Source: Longimicrobiales bacterium
Lineage (GTDB): Bacteria; Gemmatimonadota; Gemmatimonadetes; Longimicrobiales; Gaopeijiaceae
Assembly: GCA_965218295.1 (NCBI GenBank)
Contig: CBDCKN010000003.1
Location: 32,001-96,000, forward strand
Length of the DNA stretch: 64,000 nt
Direction of reading: 5' to 3'
Below, piece by piece: positions 10,709 through 21,138 of the stretch (position 1 is its first letter; each line of letters opens with the position of its first letter). Below the pieces are notes generated by a model that was not told the DNA's origin, made no database searches, and worked only from the letters and a program-made list of their open reading frames with translations. Both the position numbers and the translations under genes were made by a program.

Positions 10709-11464
10709 ATGGAGGGCGTCGTCAGCCGAATGGACGCTCGCGTCGCGCTGGTCACCGGGGCTGCCAGGGGCATGGGTAGGGCCATCGCCCGGCGCCTCCA
10801 CGAGCTGGGCGCGTCCGTGGCGCTGAACGACCTGGATCCCAAGGCCACGAGCCGGGTGGCCGAGGAGCTGGGGGAAGATGTGCTGCCCACCCCGGCAGAC
10901 GTGACCTCGTCGGACGCCGTCCGGGAGATGGTGGCCACCACTCTGGACCGCTTCGGGCGCCTCGACATCCTCGTGAACAACGCGGGGATCCTCTTCCCAA
11001 CGCCGCTGGAGGAGATCTCGGAGGAGGAGTGGCGGCGGACCCTCGAGGTGAACCTCACAGGCGTGTTCTTTTGCACCCAGGCCGTGATCGATCCGATGAA
11101 AAGGGAGGGGTACGGGCGCATCGTGAACCTCTCCTCTACAGCCGGCAAGACGGTGAGCACTCTGGGTGGGGCCCACTACACCGCGTCCAAGCACGGCGTC
11201 CTCGGCCTCACCCGAGCCTCGGCCCTGGAGCTAGCACCCCACGGCATCACGGTGAACGCCGTCTGCCCGGGTCTCATCGACACCGAGATGGCCCACGAGA
11301 ACACGACGCCCGAGCGGTTGGAAGCCTACCGCACCGGCTTCCCGCTGGGGCGCCTGGGTCGGCCCGAGGAAGTGGCCGACCTGGTCTGCTTCCTGGCCTC
11401 CGAGGCGGCGGGCTACATCACCGGATCCGCCTACGACATCACCGGCGGAGACCTCATGGCATGA
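10709..11464 (+). CDS. SDR family NAD(P)-dependent oxidoreductase
   Basis: TGAARGMG, NNAG, YTASK, VNAVCPG. Confidence 0.93.
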   Translation: MEGVVSRMDARVALVTGAARGMGRAIARRLHELGASVALNDLDPKATSRVAEELGEDVLPTPADVTSSDAVREMVATTLDRFGRLDILVNNAGILFPTPLEEISEEEWRRTLEVNLTGVFFCTQAVIDPMKREGYGRIVNLSSTAGKTVSTLGGAHYTASKHGVLGLTRASALELAPHGITVNAVCPGLIDTEMAHENTTPERLEAYRTGFPLGRLGRPEEVADLVCFLASEAAGYITGSAYDITGGDLMA

Positions 11465-11545
11465 CGGCCCCCCGGGGGCATGGCACCCTCCCCTGGTGGG
11501 TGACCGGCACCTCGATCGCCGCGACATGGTTCGCCACCGACGCGC
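11461..11545 (+). pseudogene. Remnant of a sodium:solute symporter N-terminal region
   Basis: ATGA overlap with the SDR stop; LPWWVTGTSIAATWFATDA resembles the SSS motif LPWWxxGxSxxATxFxxD, then similarity ends. Confidence 0.55.
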
Positions 11546-11652
11546 TCAGGGGGCGGTCTGCTCCTCCTCGGAATCTTGACCGGATTCGTTACCTTGAGCG
11601 TCGCCGTGGACGGTCGCCCGGAATCGGAGAACTGACGCCGGACTGACTCCGC

Positions 11653-12339
11653 TCAGTCCCCGGCCACGCGCCTGGCTTCCTCCCGGTACTCCTGGCTGGC
11701 GAAGATGGCGACTTCGACCCGGCGATTCTCCTGTTGACCCGCCTCGGTCTCGTTGGATGTCACCGGCTCTATCTCTCCCAGACCCTGGACGTGAGTGAGC
11801 TCAGCCGGGATGCCCCGAGTCGTCAGGAAGTCGGCAGCCGCTTGAGCACGACGCTCGGACAAGCTCTGGTTGTACGCCTCGGCGCCCACCGAGTCCGTAT
11901 GTCCCGCGATCAACAGCTCGTAGTCGTCCAAGTCGTCCGAGAGAACACGAGCGAGGTCGCTGAGGTTCTCGCGGGCTTCGGGTTGAAGCTGTGACGAGTC
12001 GAAGTCGAAGAGGATGCCGGAGCCGAACGTAACCAGGATTCCTTCTCCGACCCGCTCGACCGTGGCGTTGTCGAGCTCTCGGGCCAAGGTCTCGGCCCTG
12101 TCGTCCATCCGACTTCCGATCAGGGCTCCCGCCGCACCTCCTACAACCGCTCCGATGATGGCCCCCTTCGTGGTGGAGCCCGCGGCGGCTCCAATCACGG
12201 CGCCGAGGACGCCTCCCGCCCCCGCACCGATCACGGCTCCCCTCTGGGTAGTGCTCATGCCCGAGCACCCGACGCTCGCGAGGGAGATCACCCCAGCCGT
12301 CACGAATGTTCCTGCACAGCGAAATATGTCGGTTCTCAT
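11653..12339 (-). CDS. OmpA family lipoprotein with glycine zipper
   Basis: Lipobox SVGC, GAVIGAGAGG zipper, ILFDFD, GHTDSVG, LSERRA, NRRVE. Confidence 0.93.
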   Translation of the reverse strand: MRTDIFRCAGTFVTAGVISLASVGCSGMSTTQRGAVIGAGAGGVLGAVIGAAAGSTTKGAIIGAVVGGAAGALIGSRMDDRAETLARELDNATVERVGEGILVTFGSGILFDFDSSQLQPEARENLSDLARVLSDDLDDYELLIAGHTDSVGAEAYNQSLSERRAQAAADFLTTRGIPAELTHVQGLGEIEPVTSNETEAGQQENRRVEVAIFASQEYREEARRVAGD

Positions 12340-12546
12340 AGATCGAATCCCGGTTTGGTACTCTTCCCCGTTTCGCACGACCACCGCTCCCTCCAATCTA
12401 GCCAGTGCTCACGGCAATCAGAACAACGCCGTGGGGAGTCTTCGGTCGACGCTCCGATCCTGCACGTCTATATTGATGCCGCCGCTTCCGCCACGAGGGT
12501 CCCGGTGACCATCCACCCTACACATTGCGTGAGGTTGGGCATACCC

Positions 12547-12618
12547 GTGCAGAGAATCCTGGTGACAGGAGCCGGCGGGCAGATCGGCTCCGAGCTCGTC
12601 CCCGCACGGCAGCCCTGA
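12547..12618 (+). pseudogene. Remnant of NAD-dependent epimerase-type (SDR) L-threonine 3-dehydrogenase
   Basis: VQRILVTGAGGQIGSELVPA followed directly by RQP*, immediately upstream of kbl. Confidence 0.7.
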
Positions 12619-12637
12619 ACCCAGGAGATAGACGAAG

Positions 12638-13864
12638 ATGCCTCTCGATCGTATAGCCGGTGTGCTGGATGCCCACGTGGCGGGCCTCGAGGAGGCCGGA
12701 ACCACGAAGGGCGCAGAGACCGTGGTCACGGGAGTACGAAGGGCCGAGGGAGATCGGGGCCCCCGATTCCTGCTGGAAGGTGAAGGGGACAAGGAGTTCA
12801 TGCGCATGAACTCCAATTCCTACCTGGGTCTGGGCCTCCACCCCGACGTCATCCGGGCCGGGGAGGCCGGATCTGCCGAGTTCGGGGCTGGCCCGGGAGC
12901 GGTTCGCTTCATAAGCGGATCCTACTCGGCGCACGTCGATCTCGAGCGGAAGCTGGCCGAGTTCCACGCCCGGGAGTCGGCCATGATCTTCTCGTCGGCC
13001 TACGCGAGCATCGTCTCGACGATCTCGCCACTGGTCACCTCCGAGACGGTCCTCATCAGCGACGCCCTCAATCACAACTGCATCATCATTGCCACGCGGC
13101 TGACCCGGCCCACCGGGAAGGTCGTCTACGACCACAATGACGTCGCGGGCCTGGAGAAGGCGCTGGAGGAGTGGGCGGGCAAGGCCAAGCGGGCCCTCAT
13201 CGTCACGGACGGCATCTTCAGCATGAGGGGAGATCACGCTCCCCTGGACGAGATCATGGAGGTCGCCGCCCGTCACGATCACGCCTACGAGGAAAACGCC
13301 GTCGTGCTGGTGGACGACTCCCACGGAGTGGGTTCGTTCGGAAGAACCGGGCGTGGAGTCGAGGAGTACACCGGCTCCCCGCCGGCGGACATCCTGCTGG
13401 GCACCCTGGGGAAGGCTTTTGGTGTAAACGGCGGATACGTCACGGCTCCCGAGTCGGTCATCGGCTTCCTCCGCGAGAGCTCACAGATGTACATCTACTC
13501 CAACCCGATCACCGTCGGAGAGGCTCGGGCGGCACTCAAGTCGCTGGAGATCGTGGACAGCCCCGACGGCCTGGCCCTGCTGGAGAGGCTCCGGGCCCTG
13601 ACCACGCGCTTCGAGGAGGGGTTGGCCCGCATCGGTGTGGAAACCATCCCCGGCGGGCATCCGGTCGTCCCGCTCATGATCCGCGATACTCAGAGGACGC
13701 GGGCCCTCGTGGACTACCTGTACGAGAACGGAGTGCTCGTCACGGGGCTGGCCTACCCGGTGGTGCCCCAGGGTGACGAGGAGATCCGTACCCAGATCAA
13801 CGCGGATCATACGGAAGCCGACATCGACCAGGTTCTCGGACTGCTGGAAGCGTACGATAGATGA
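12638..13864 (+). CDS. kbl: 2-amino-3-ketobutyrate CoA ligase (glycine C-acetyltransferase)
   Basis: NSYLGL, GAVRFISG, SDALNHNCII, TDGIFSM, DDSHG, GTLGKA (PLP lysine). Confidence 0.85.
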   Translation: MPLDRIAGVLDAHVAGLEEAGTTKGAETVVTGVRRAEGDRGPRFLLEGEGDKEFMRMNSNSYLGLGLHPDVIRAGEAGSAEFGAGPGAVRFISGSYSAHVDLERKLAEFHARESAMIFSSAYASIVSTISPLVTSETVLISDALNHNCIIIATRLTRPTGKVVYDHNDVAGLEKALEEWAGKAKRALIVTDGIFSMRGDHAPLDEIMEVAARHDHAYEENAVVLVDDSHGVGSFGRTGRGVEEYTGSPPADILLGTLGKAFGVNGGYVTAPESVIGFLRESSQMYIYSNPITVGEARAALKSLEIVDSPDGLALLERLRALTTRFEEGLARIGVETIPGGHPVVPLMIRDTQRTRALVDYLYENGVLVTGLAYPVVPQGDEEIRTQINADHTEADIDQVLGLLEAYDR

Positions 13865-13940
13865 TGCCCGCGCCGGCCTCGCCGGCGGCCGGAGACCGAG
13901 GACCGCACTTCTCGTGCTGACCCTGGCGTCGGCGTCGGCC

Positions 13941-14507
13941 ATGCCGTTCGCGCGTGCTGCCGCCCAGGACTTCGAAGGCTCGGTGGCCATTACACTCCGC
14001 ACGGACATGGGCGACCTCGAGCTCTACGCCGATCGGGCGCCCGTCACCGTGGCCAACTTCCTCGCCTACCTCGACGCCGGTCACTACAACGGGGGCAGCT
14101 TCTACCGGGTGGTGCGCTACGACAACGACAACGGCAACCCGAAGATCGAGGTCATCCAGGGCGGCGTGAACGACCAGGGCCGGGGGGCGTTTTCGCCCAT
14201 CGCCCACGAGAGCACCGAAGACACGGGACTGCTGCACGTCGACGGCGCGATCTCCATGGGCCGGGGAGGCGTGGGAACGGCAACCTCCGAGTTCTTCATC
14301 TGCGTCGGCGACCAGCCGGGACTCGACCACGGTGAGTCCCGCAACGCCGACATGCAGGGATTCGCGGTCTTCGGGCAGGTGGTGGGGGGCATGGAAGTGG
14401 TGCGTGCCATCGACCGCATCGAGGCCACCGCCCCCTCGGACAGCGAGTACACGAGAGGCCAGATCCTGGAGGAGCCGGTGCGGATCGTGGAAGCGGTGCG
14501 ACGGTGA
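13941..14507 (+). CDS. Cyclophilin-type peptidyl-prolyl isomerase (start uncertain; signal peptide appears to begin upstream)
   Basis: APVTVANFLAY, FYRVV, VIQGG, GAISMGR, ATSEFFI, FAVFGQVVGGM. Confidence 0.85.
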   Translation: MPFARAAAQDFEGSVAITLRTDMGDLELYADRAPVTVANFLAYLDAGHYNGGSFYRVVRYDNDNGNPKIEVIQGGVNDQGRGAFSPIAHESTEDTGLLHVDGAISMGRGGVGTATSEFFICVGDQPGLDHGESRNADMQGFAVFGQVVGGMEVVRAIDRIEATAPSDSEYTRGQILEEPVRIVEAVRR

Positions 14508-14752
14508 GCGCGCTGGTCGGCCCCGACACCCTGATCCTCACCCAGCCCGAGGTGCGTCGTCTGGCGATTCGCCTTCTGGTGCTCCGGAACCGGCTTATCG
14601 CAGAGGGTGCCGGGGCCGCCCCCGTGGCGGCCGCCATGGCGGGGCAGGCGGGGAGGGTGCCCAAACGTCGACTGCGGGGCGGACTGGCAGGCCCACGCAG
14701 ATTTTCCTGGCATCGTGAGCCATCGTTGGGTAAGGTGGAGGAGTCCCGCTAA
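14504..14752 (+). pseudogene. Chimeric deletion scar: ornithine cyclodeaminase-like N-terminus fused to a Ser/Thr dehydratase-like late segment
   Basis: TLILTQPEVRRL then AIRLLVLRNRLIAEGAGAAPVAAA; compare AILLLLERERTVVEGAGAIPLAAL in the dehydratase at 17626-18846. Confidence 0.55.
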
Positions 14753-14820
14753 CCTTCCTCATTCAACCAGAAACCCAACCACTCGGACGCCAACCCAAGA
14801 CTAGACGGACCCGAGGCTCT

Positions 14821-15399
14821 ATGCGATCCAAGCTGCTCTACATTGTTGTGCTGGGTATCGCTCTCCTCTTGGACGCTGTCGTCATCTACGTGTTCACCGA
14901 TCCGCTGGCGCGGGTCACCGTTGGGCTGCTCTTTCTCCCTCCCATCCTCTGGGCCGCGGACGCTCTGGGGATCGCCGACGTGGTCAGTGATCTGCCCGCG
15001 ACCCGGATCCACTATCGGCAGTACGGTGCTCTTCGGTCGCAGGTGAGGCTGCTCCTCGACGTGGTGCGACGGCTGAACTGGTTGGCCGTGGATCTGGAGC
15101 GTGGAATCCGCAGCGAGGACGACGTCAGGGAGGAAATGAACCAGGCCCACGACCGACTCAAGGGGATCGTGGAGGGGATCCGGGACACAGCAGGGCGGGC
15201 CTCGGCGGGTCCCGAGGTGCTGGTGGAACCGAACCTGCCTGTGGACCGCAGTCAGCCTCCCCAGGATCAGCAGCACCAGCGCTGCGACCCACGCCCACAG
15301 TGTCGTCCGCATCATCCTCCCTCCCCCTCTTCACTCTACCGGCCGCCCGGCACCTACCTCGGCAGGTGCTCCTTCGGGAACTTCGCGACCACCGTGTAG
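14821..15399 (+). CDS. Hypothetical membrane protein (two TM helices plus coiled region); C-terminus probably run-on
   Basis: Protein-like to about codon 140, then low-quality tail overlapping the convergent gene. Confidence 0.55.
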   Translation: MRSKLLYIVVLGIALLLDAVVIYVFTDPLARVTVGLLFLPPILWAADALGIADVVSDLPATRIHYRQYGALRSQVRLLLDVVRRLNWLAVDLERGIRSEDDVREEMNQAHDRLKGIVEGIRDTAGRASAGPEVLVEPNLPVDRSQPPQDQQHQRCDPRPQCRPHHPPSPSSLYRPPGTYLGRCSFGNFATTV

Positions 15400-16322
15400 A
15401 TCGGGTCGACGATGTTGGCGATCGTGTTCTCGCCGAGCTGCCCGACGAGCATATAGGCGTCCCACTTCCCAAAGCCGTACTCGTCGACGAGCCACTCGAT
15501 GAGCTCGACGTGCGCGAGCCTGAAGGCGTCGATGAGCGGCCGCGCGCTCCCGGCCACCATGATGTGCGTCTCGTCCTCGAAGCGCGGCCACGCGATCGTC
15601 TTGTTCTTGATGAGGTCGATGCGGAGCATCACGTCCATCGACGTCTCGAGGCCGGTACCGTTGACCTCCCCTTCGCCCTGCCGGGCGTGGCCGTCGCCGA
15701 AATAGAAGTACGCGCCGTCGTTGAAGATCGGCAGATATACCGTCGTGCCTTCCCGCACCTCGGGTGCGTCCATGTTGCCACCGAAGTTGCCGGGCCAGAG
15801 CCCCGTGAACGCTTCACCGGCTCCGGGGGCCACGGCGACCCGGCCGAGCATCGGCCGAAGCTCGATCGTGATCTCGCCCATCTCGGAGTCCGGAAGCTCG
15901 ACCGTACCCGTCAAGGCTTCGGTGTCCAGGCTCCACTCGTAGCGACGAGCCTGGATCGGATCGTTCAGCAGGCGCACACGCGAGTCGGTCGCCAGGCCTC
16001 CGAAGTCCGAGTAGAGCTGGGCGCCGGCCAGGTCATGGTTCGGCCGGACCTTGAGGATTTCCACGACCAAGACGTCGTTCGTTGTCGCGCCCTCGATCCA
16101 GAACGGGCCGACCTCACCCGGGAAATCCCCTCCGCCGGGATCGTAGTACGCCCCATGATTCGTGTTGGAGATGAGGATCGTGCCGGGCCGGATCGTGGCG
16201 ACCGGCTCGCGCACGTCGAACGTCGGATACGCGACCGTCGGCGTGAACCGGAGTGTGTCCTGCGCGGACGTCGACGTTGCCCCGAACAGGGCGGCTGCGA
16301 GTAGGGGGGTTGCGAATCTCAT
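15354..16322 (-). CDS. Acetamidase/formamidase family protein with signal peptide
   Basis: GPFWIEGA, PMLGRVAVAP, GNFGGNMD, GDGHARQGEGEV. Confidence 0.9.
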   Translation of the reverse strand: MRFATPLLAAALFGATSTSAQDTLRFTPTVAYPTFDVREPVATIRPGTILISNTNHGAYYDPGGGDFPGEVGPFWIEGATTNDVLVVEILKVRPNHDLAGAQLYSDFGGLATDSRVRLLNDPIQARRYEWSLDTEALTGTVELPDSEMGEITIELRPMLGRVAVAPGAGEAFTGLWPGNFGGNMDAPEVREGTTVYLPIFNDGAYFYFGDGHARQGEGEVNGTGLETSMDVMLRIDLIKNKTIAWPRFEDETHIMVAGSARPLIDAFRLAHVELIEWLVDEYGFGKWDAYMLVGQLGENTIANIVDPIYTVVAKFPKEHLPR

Positions 16323-16579
16323 GACGGCTCCATCGGTTGCTTGTGTGCGATCGCTGCGCGGGCCGTAGTCCAGGGACCAAGGGTCGCCTGCGGAACAACC
16401 TGCCCGCCCGCACACACCGGACGCAACCACGGTCCCCCTCGTCGCGTCCTTGCAGGGGCGAGCGGCGAGCGTGCACCTTAGGCTGGGAACGGCCTCGCAA
16501 GGGGAGTTCAAGCGGTCGAAGTGGTGCACCGTCTGCGCACCGCAACCGCGATGTCCTTCAAAGAAGAGAGTAACCCGAC

Positions 16580-17620
16580 ATGTGTTCTCGCACCGAGGGA
16601 TGGATACGGACGTCCAACTTGGTCTGCGGCCTTTTCCTCGTAACCGTTTTCCCCCGGATCCTTTACGCCCAGGCCACCCAAGCCCGCTTCGAAGTCCCCA
16701 ACACGTCCGGGACGTCCTGGTTCAAGGGCAACACACACACGCACACGCTTGAAAGCGATGGGGATTCTTCGCCCGAGTACGTCGCCACCTGGTACAGAAA
16801 CCACGGATACCACTTCCTCGTCCTCTCCGATCACAACGTCATCACGGACCCCGCCCAGCTCGCGCATCTCACCAGCCCCGAGTTCATCCTCATTCCGGGT
16901 GAGGAGGTAAGCTCGAGCTATGAAAGCCATCCCGTGCATGTGAACGGCCTGAACCTCCCGGGTCTCGTCGATCCTCGGACGGGTGAAACCCTGGTTGTCA
17001 CCATTCAGAACAACGTCGACGCCATTCGGCAAGTCGACGGTGTGCCTCACATCAACCATCCGAACTACGGGTGGGCCTTCGGGGCTGAGGAGCTCGCGCA
17101 GATCGAGAATGACCGGCTTCTCGAGATCTACAACGGGCACCCTGCGGTGCATAACGAGGGTGGCGGCGGATATCCCAGCCTCGAAGAGATCTGGGACGTT
17201 CTCCTCACCGGAGGCAAGAGGATCTACGGAATTGCGGTCGACGATGCGCACCACTTTCAGGAGGAATTTTCCGCTGATCGATCGAATCCCGGAAGGGGTT
17301 GGATTGCCGTTCGTGCTCGGTCCCTCGACGCCCCAGAGGTCATGCGGCAACTGGAGGCCGGGCAATTCTATGCAAGTACGGGTGTCGAACTATCCGATGT
17401 CGTGACCGAGAACGACCGCCTCGAGGTCTACGTCGCGCCTCGGGGGAACTTCCGCTACACGACCACCTTTATCGGTTCGGAAGGCAGGGTGTTGGCCGTC
17501 TCTTCCGAGAATCCCGCCGTGTACAAACTCCAGGGCCGCGAGGGTTATGTGAGGGCCAAAGTGGTCGATTCCAGAGGTGACGCCGCCTGGGTGCAGCCGG
17601 TTTTCGTGATCACGCCCTGA
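16580..17620 (+). CDS. PHP-domain metallohydrolase (CehA/McbA-like), secreted
   Basis: WFKGNTHTHT, SDG, SDHN, GEE, INHP, DDAHH. Confidence 0.85.
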   Translation: MCSRTEGWIRTSNLVCGLFLVTVFPRILYAQATQARFEVPNTSGTSWFKGNTHTHTLESDGDSSPEYVATWYRNHGYHFLVLSDHNVITDPAQLAHLTSPEFILIPGEEVSSSYESHPVHVNGLNLPGLVDPRTGETLVVTIQNNVDAIRQVDGVPHINHPNYGWAFGAEELAQIENDRLLEIYNGHPAVHNEGGGGYPSLEEIWDVLLTGGKRIYGIAVDDAHHFQEEFSADRSNPGRGWIAVRARSLDAPEVMRQLEAGQFYASTGVELSDVVTENDRLEVYVAPRGNFRYTTTFIGSEGRVLAVSSENPAVYKLQGREGYVRAKVVDSRGDAAWVQPVFVITP

Positions 17621-17625
17621 CAGCC

Positions 17626-18846
17626 ATGTCGCGATCCCTGACTATAGATGACATCCGCGAGGCGAGGGAGCGCCTCGGAGATCAGGTGGTGCTCACCCCC
17701 TGCACAAGATCGACGGCGTTTGGCGATCTGCTGGCATGCTCCCTCTGGCTCAAGTTCGAGACCCGGCAGCGCACAGGCTCGTTCAAGGACCGCGGTGCGC
17801 TCAACAAGCTGCTTCAGTTATCAGGCGAGCAGCGTTCACGGGGAATCGTGACGGCTAGTGCCGGTAACCATGCGCAAGCGGTCGCGCACCATGCCACGCG
17901 CCTCGGGATTCCGGCGACGGTGGTGATGCCGATCGGTACACCCTTGGTGAAGAGCTCGAACACGCGTCGCTTTGGAGCGCGTGTGATCCTGCATGGGAAT
18001 ACGGTTTCCGAGTCACTCGCCGAGGCCCGCCGCATGGTGGATCAGGAGGGCCTCACCATGGTGCACCCCTACGATGATCGGGCCATCATGGCGGGCCAGG
18101 GCACCATCGGCCTGGAGCTCGTAGAGCAGGTGGCTGGCTTGACGCACGTGGTGGTGCCTATCGGAGGGGGCGGGATCATCTCGGGAATCGCGGTCGCCGC
18201 GAAAGCCCTGAGCCCTTCGGTTCGTGTGATCGGCGTAGAGGCTGCGGCCGCACCTTCGGCGTATCGCTCGCGAGAGATGGGTGAGATGACTGACATCGAG
18301 AGCGCTGAGACCATCGCCAACGGCATCGCGGTGAAGCGGATCGGCGACCTCACGTTTCCTCTGATCGAGGAGTACGTGGATGACATCGTCGTCGTTGAGG
18401 AGGAGGAGATTGCCAGCGCGATCCTACTGCTTCTGGAGCGCGAGCGAACCGTAGTCGAGGGGGCGGGAGCCATACCCTTGGCGGCGTTGGTGCGTGGGCG
18501 GATCCCGGTCGGGGCCGACGACGTAGTGGCCGCGGTACTGTGCGGCGGCAATATCGACGTGAACCTGATCGCCCGCATCATCGAACGGGGGTTGGTAGCG
18601 GATGGGCGTCTGGCCAGGCTGATGGTCACCGTCCGGGATCGCCCAGGATCGCTAGCGGCACTGACCAAGGTCGCAGCGGGTCTGGGTGCTAACGTTCTTG
18701 AGATTGGCCACCGTCGCGCGTTCGCTGACATCACCGTAGGCGATGTGGAGATCGTCATGCATTTGGAGACACGTGGGAGAGAGCACGTAGAGGAGATCGT
18801 CGCGGCGCTGGAGGCTCTCGGGACCTCGGTGCGGGAGTACGTCTAG
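17626..18846 (+). CDS. ilvA: Threonine ammonia-lyase with C-terminal ACT domain
   Basis: QRTGSFKDRGA, ASAGNHAQ, PIGGGG, CGGNID, DRPGSLA. Confidence 0.9.
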   Translation: MSRSLTIDDIREARERLGDQVVLTPCTRSTAFGDLLACSLWLKFETRQRTGSFKDRGALNKLLQLSGEQRSRGIVTASAGNHAQAVAHHATRLGIPATVVMPIGTPLVKSSNTRRFGARVILHGNTVSESLAEARRMVDQEGLTMVHPYDDRAIMAGQGTIGLELVEQVAGLTHVVVPIGGGGIISGIAVAAKALSPSVRVIGVEAAAAPSAYRSREMGEMTDIESAETIANGIAVKRIGDLTFPLIEEYVDDIVVVEEEEIASAILLLLERERTVVEGAGAIPLAALVRGRIPVGADDVVAAVLCGGNIDVNLIARIIERGLVADGRLARLMVTVRDRPGSLAALTKVAAGLGANVLEIGHRRAFADITVGDVEIVMHLETRGREHVEEIVAALEALGTSVREYV

Positions 18847-18991
18847 CGGCTCGGTGCACTTCCTCAGCCGGCCTCTAGGCGGGGTCTCGCGGCGTTGATG
18901 CATGGCTCTGGGCTTCGCCACATCCTTCCCTGCGCAGGAAGGTGCGCAACGCGGCCTGACCGTCCAGGACCGAAAGGGAGAGCGCCGTCTG

Positions 18992-20368
18992 ATGTCAGAA
19001 CGAGAGGTCGGCGCGGACGGTCTGGTCCGCACGCTGGGCGCGGTGGCCGCCGGAGCGTTCGTCGTCACCAACATGATCGGCTCCGGAATCTTCACGGTCC
19101 CGGCCTTCGTGCGCGTGGCGACGGGGAGCGCCCTGGGCTCATTGGGCGTGTGGGCCGCCGCCGGCTTCCTGGCCCTTTGCGGCGCGCTTTGCTACTCCGA
19201 GCTGGCCACGCACATGCCCACGGCAGGAGGCGAGTACCGCTACCTGACCCGGGGACTCGGCCAAGTCTGGGGCTTCTTGAGCGGCTGGACCTCTTTCGTG
19301 GTGGGGTTCTCGGCCGCCATGGCGGCGTCGGCGTTGGGGGTGATGGCCTACCTGGCCCCCCTGCTCGACGGATGGAACGCCGACGCGCCGCTCATCGAGG
19401 GGCTCGGGATCAGCCAGGGCGCGGCCGGGGCTTCCCTGATGGTCCTCCTGCTCACACTGGTCCACTCGGTGGGCGTGCGCTAGAGCGGTGGCTTCCAGAC
19501 GGTGCTGGCCACCATGGTCCTGGGTTCCATCGGGATCATGGTGCTGGCCGGGTTCTCGACGGGGAACGGCTCGTGGTCGGGGCTGGTGGCCCGCACTGAG
19601 CCCGGCAGCAACTGGTGGGTGGCCTTCCTACAGGTGACTTACGCGTACGCCGGATGGAACGCCGCCGCGTACATCGCCGGAGAGGTACGCGACCCCGGGA
19701 GGAACCTCCCGCGAGCGATTCTCGGGGGGACGCTCTTCGTCATGACGGTCTACCTCCTCATCAACGCGCTCTTCTTCTACGCCCTGCCCCAACCCGAGTG
19801 GGAGCCGGCCATCGCCGTGGGACAGCTGGCCGCGGAGAGGCTGTTCGGCTTCCGGGGCTCGCTGGCCGTCACGAGCCTCATCGCCCTGGCGATGTTCGGT
19901 TCCGTGAGCGCCATGACTGCCGTGGGCCCGTGGATCTACTTCGCCATGGCTCGGGACGGGATGGCGCCACGCTTCCTGGGACGAATCTCCGATCAAGGAC
20001 ACGTGCCGGTGGTGGCCATCGTGGCGCAGGGCATCCTGGCGGCGGTCCTGGCCCTGACCGGAGCTTTCGAGACCCTGCTCATCTACATCGGGTCGTCCCT
20101 GTTGCTCTTCAACGGACTCACCGTGGCGACGCTGTTCGTGTTCCGGCGCCGGGCTGGACGTGCCGACCGACTGGAGAGCACCGGACCGGAGATCTTCCGC
20201 ACACCCCTGCATCTGCTTCCGGCATTGATCTTTCTGGGGATGACGATCGCCGCGTGGATCAACGGCCTCCTGGGCGCTCCTCTTCCTACGGGAGCGGCCC
20301 TGGTCACGCTCGCTGCGGGCGCCGCGGTCTACGCCTTCGGGAACCGCAGAGGGTGGTTCGCAGCCTGA
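18992..20368 (+). pseudogene. APC family amino acid permease with in-frame TAG at 19481-19483
   Basis: ORFs 18902-19483 and 19502-20368 share a frame; NMIGSGIF, AGGEY, YAYAGWN, GEVRDPGRNLP, MARDG. Confidence 0.88.
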
Positions 20369-20595
20369 GAGTCCGCCGTACCGGATATGCGCCCTCGCCC
20401 GTCCGCTCGCGTCTAACCCCTCCATTCCCATGATCCCCAAGTCATACGGCGCGGGCGCGGCGGATCCGACGAGTAGGTGGACGGCAAGATAGGCGACTGC
20501 AATCATGTCTGTGTCCGCTTCTCGTAGATGTTCGTTCGTCGGAGTGATCTACGAGAACCACACCCCGAGTTCCACACTCGACGAGAGGGCGAGCC

Positions 20596-21138
20596 ATGTC
20601 CGATCCCACCCCACTGGACGATCTCAGAAGCGAGCATCGTCGCCTGAAACGGTTGACCGAGAGGGCCCTGGCCCAGGTCTCCGACGCGGACTTCTTCCGG
20701 TCGCTCGGTCCGGAGAGCAACAGCCCGGCGATCCTCGTGAAGCACATGGCCGGTAGCATGCGCTCGAGGTGGCGGGACTTCATGACCACGGACGGTGAAA
20801 AGCCGGACCGTCACAGGGACACGGAGTTCGTCATTGGCGACGAAGACACGCGGGAAGCCCTCATGGAGCGATGGCAGTACGCCTGGGACCTCACCCTCGG
20901 AGAGCTCGACGACCTCACCGACGCTCATCTCTCGACTTCGGTGACCATCCGAGGCGAGCCGTTCACCGTGAGTCGCGCCATCGCGCGCCATCTCTCCCAC
21001 CACGCCTATCACGTGGGACAGATCGTGCAGCTCGCCGTGCACTACGCGGGAGACGACTGGAAGACCCTGAGCATCCCCAAGGGTGGATCGGAAGCGTTCA
21101 ACCGGGCGCCCGGCCGCTACCGGGAAGAGGAGGAATAG
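20596..21138 (+). CDS. DinB/DUF1572 family protein
   Basis: NSPAILVKHMAGSMRSRW, DGEKPDRHRDTEF, HHAYHVGQIV. Confidence 0.88.
   Translation: MSDPTPLDDLRSEHRRLKRLTERALAQVSDADFFRSLGPESNSPAILVKHMAGSMRSRWRDFMTTDGEKPDRHRDTEFVIGDEDTREALMERWQYAWDLTLGELDDLTDAHLSTSVTIRGEPFTVSRAIARHLSHHAYHVGQIVQLAVHYAGDDWKTLSIPKGGSEAFNRAPGRYREEEE

Noticed and set aside
19481..19483. Amber recoding or pyrrolysine in the permease and TPR genes
   Set aside because: TAG ends intact genes here (ilvA-like, MFS, pdxH), no pyl genes are seen, and the TPR gene also has a frameshift
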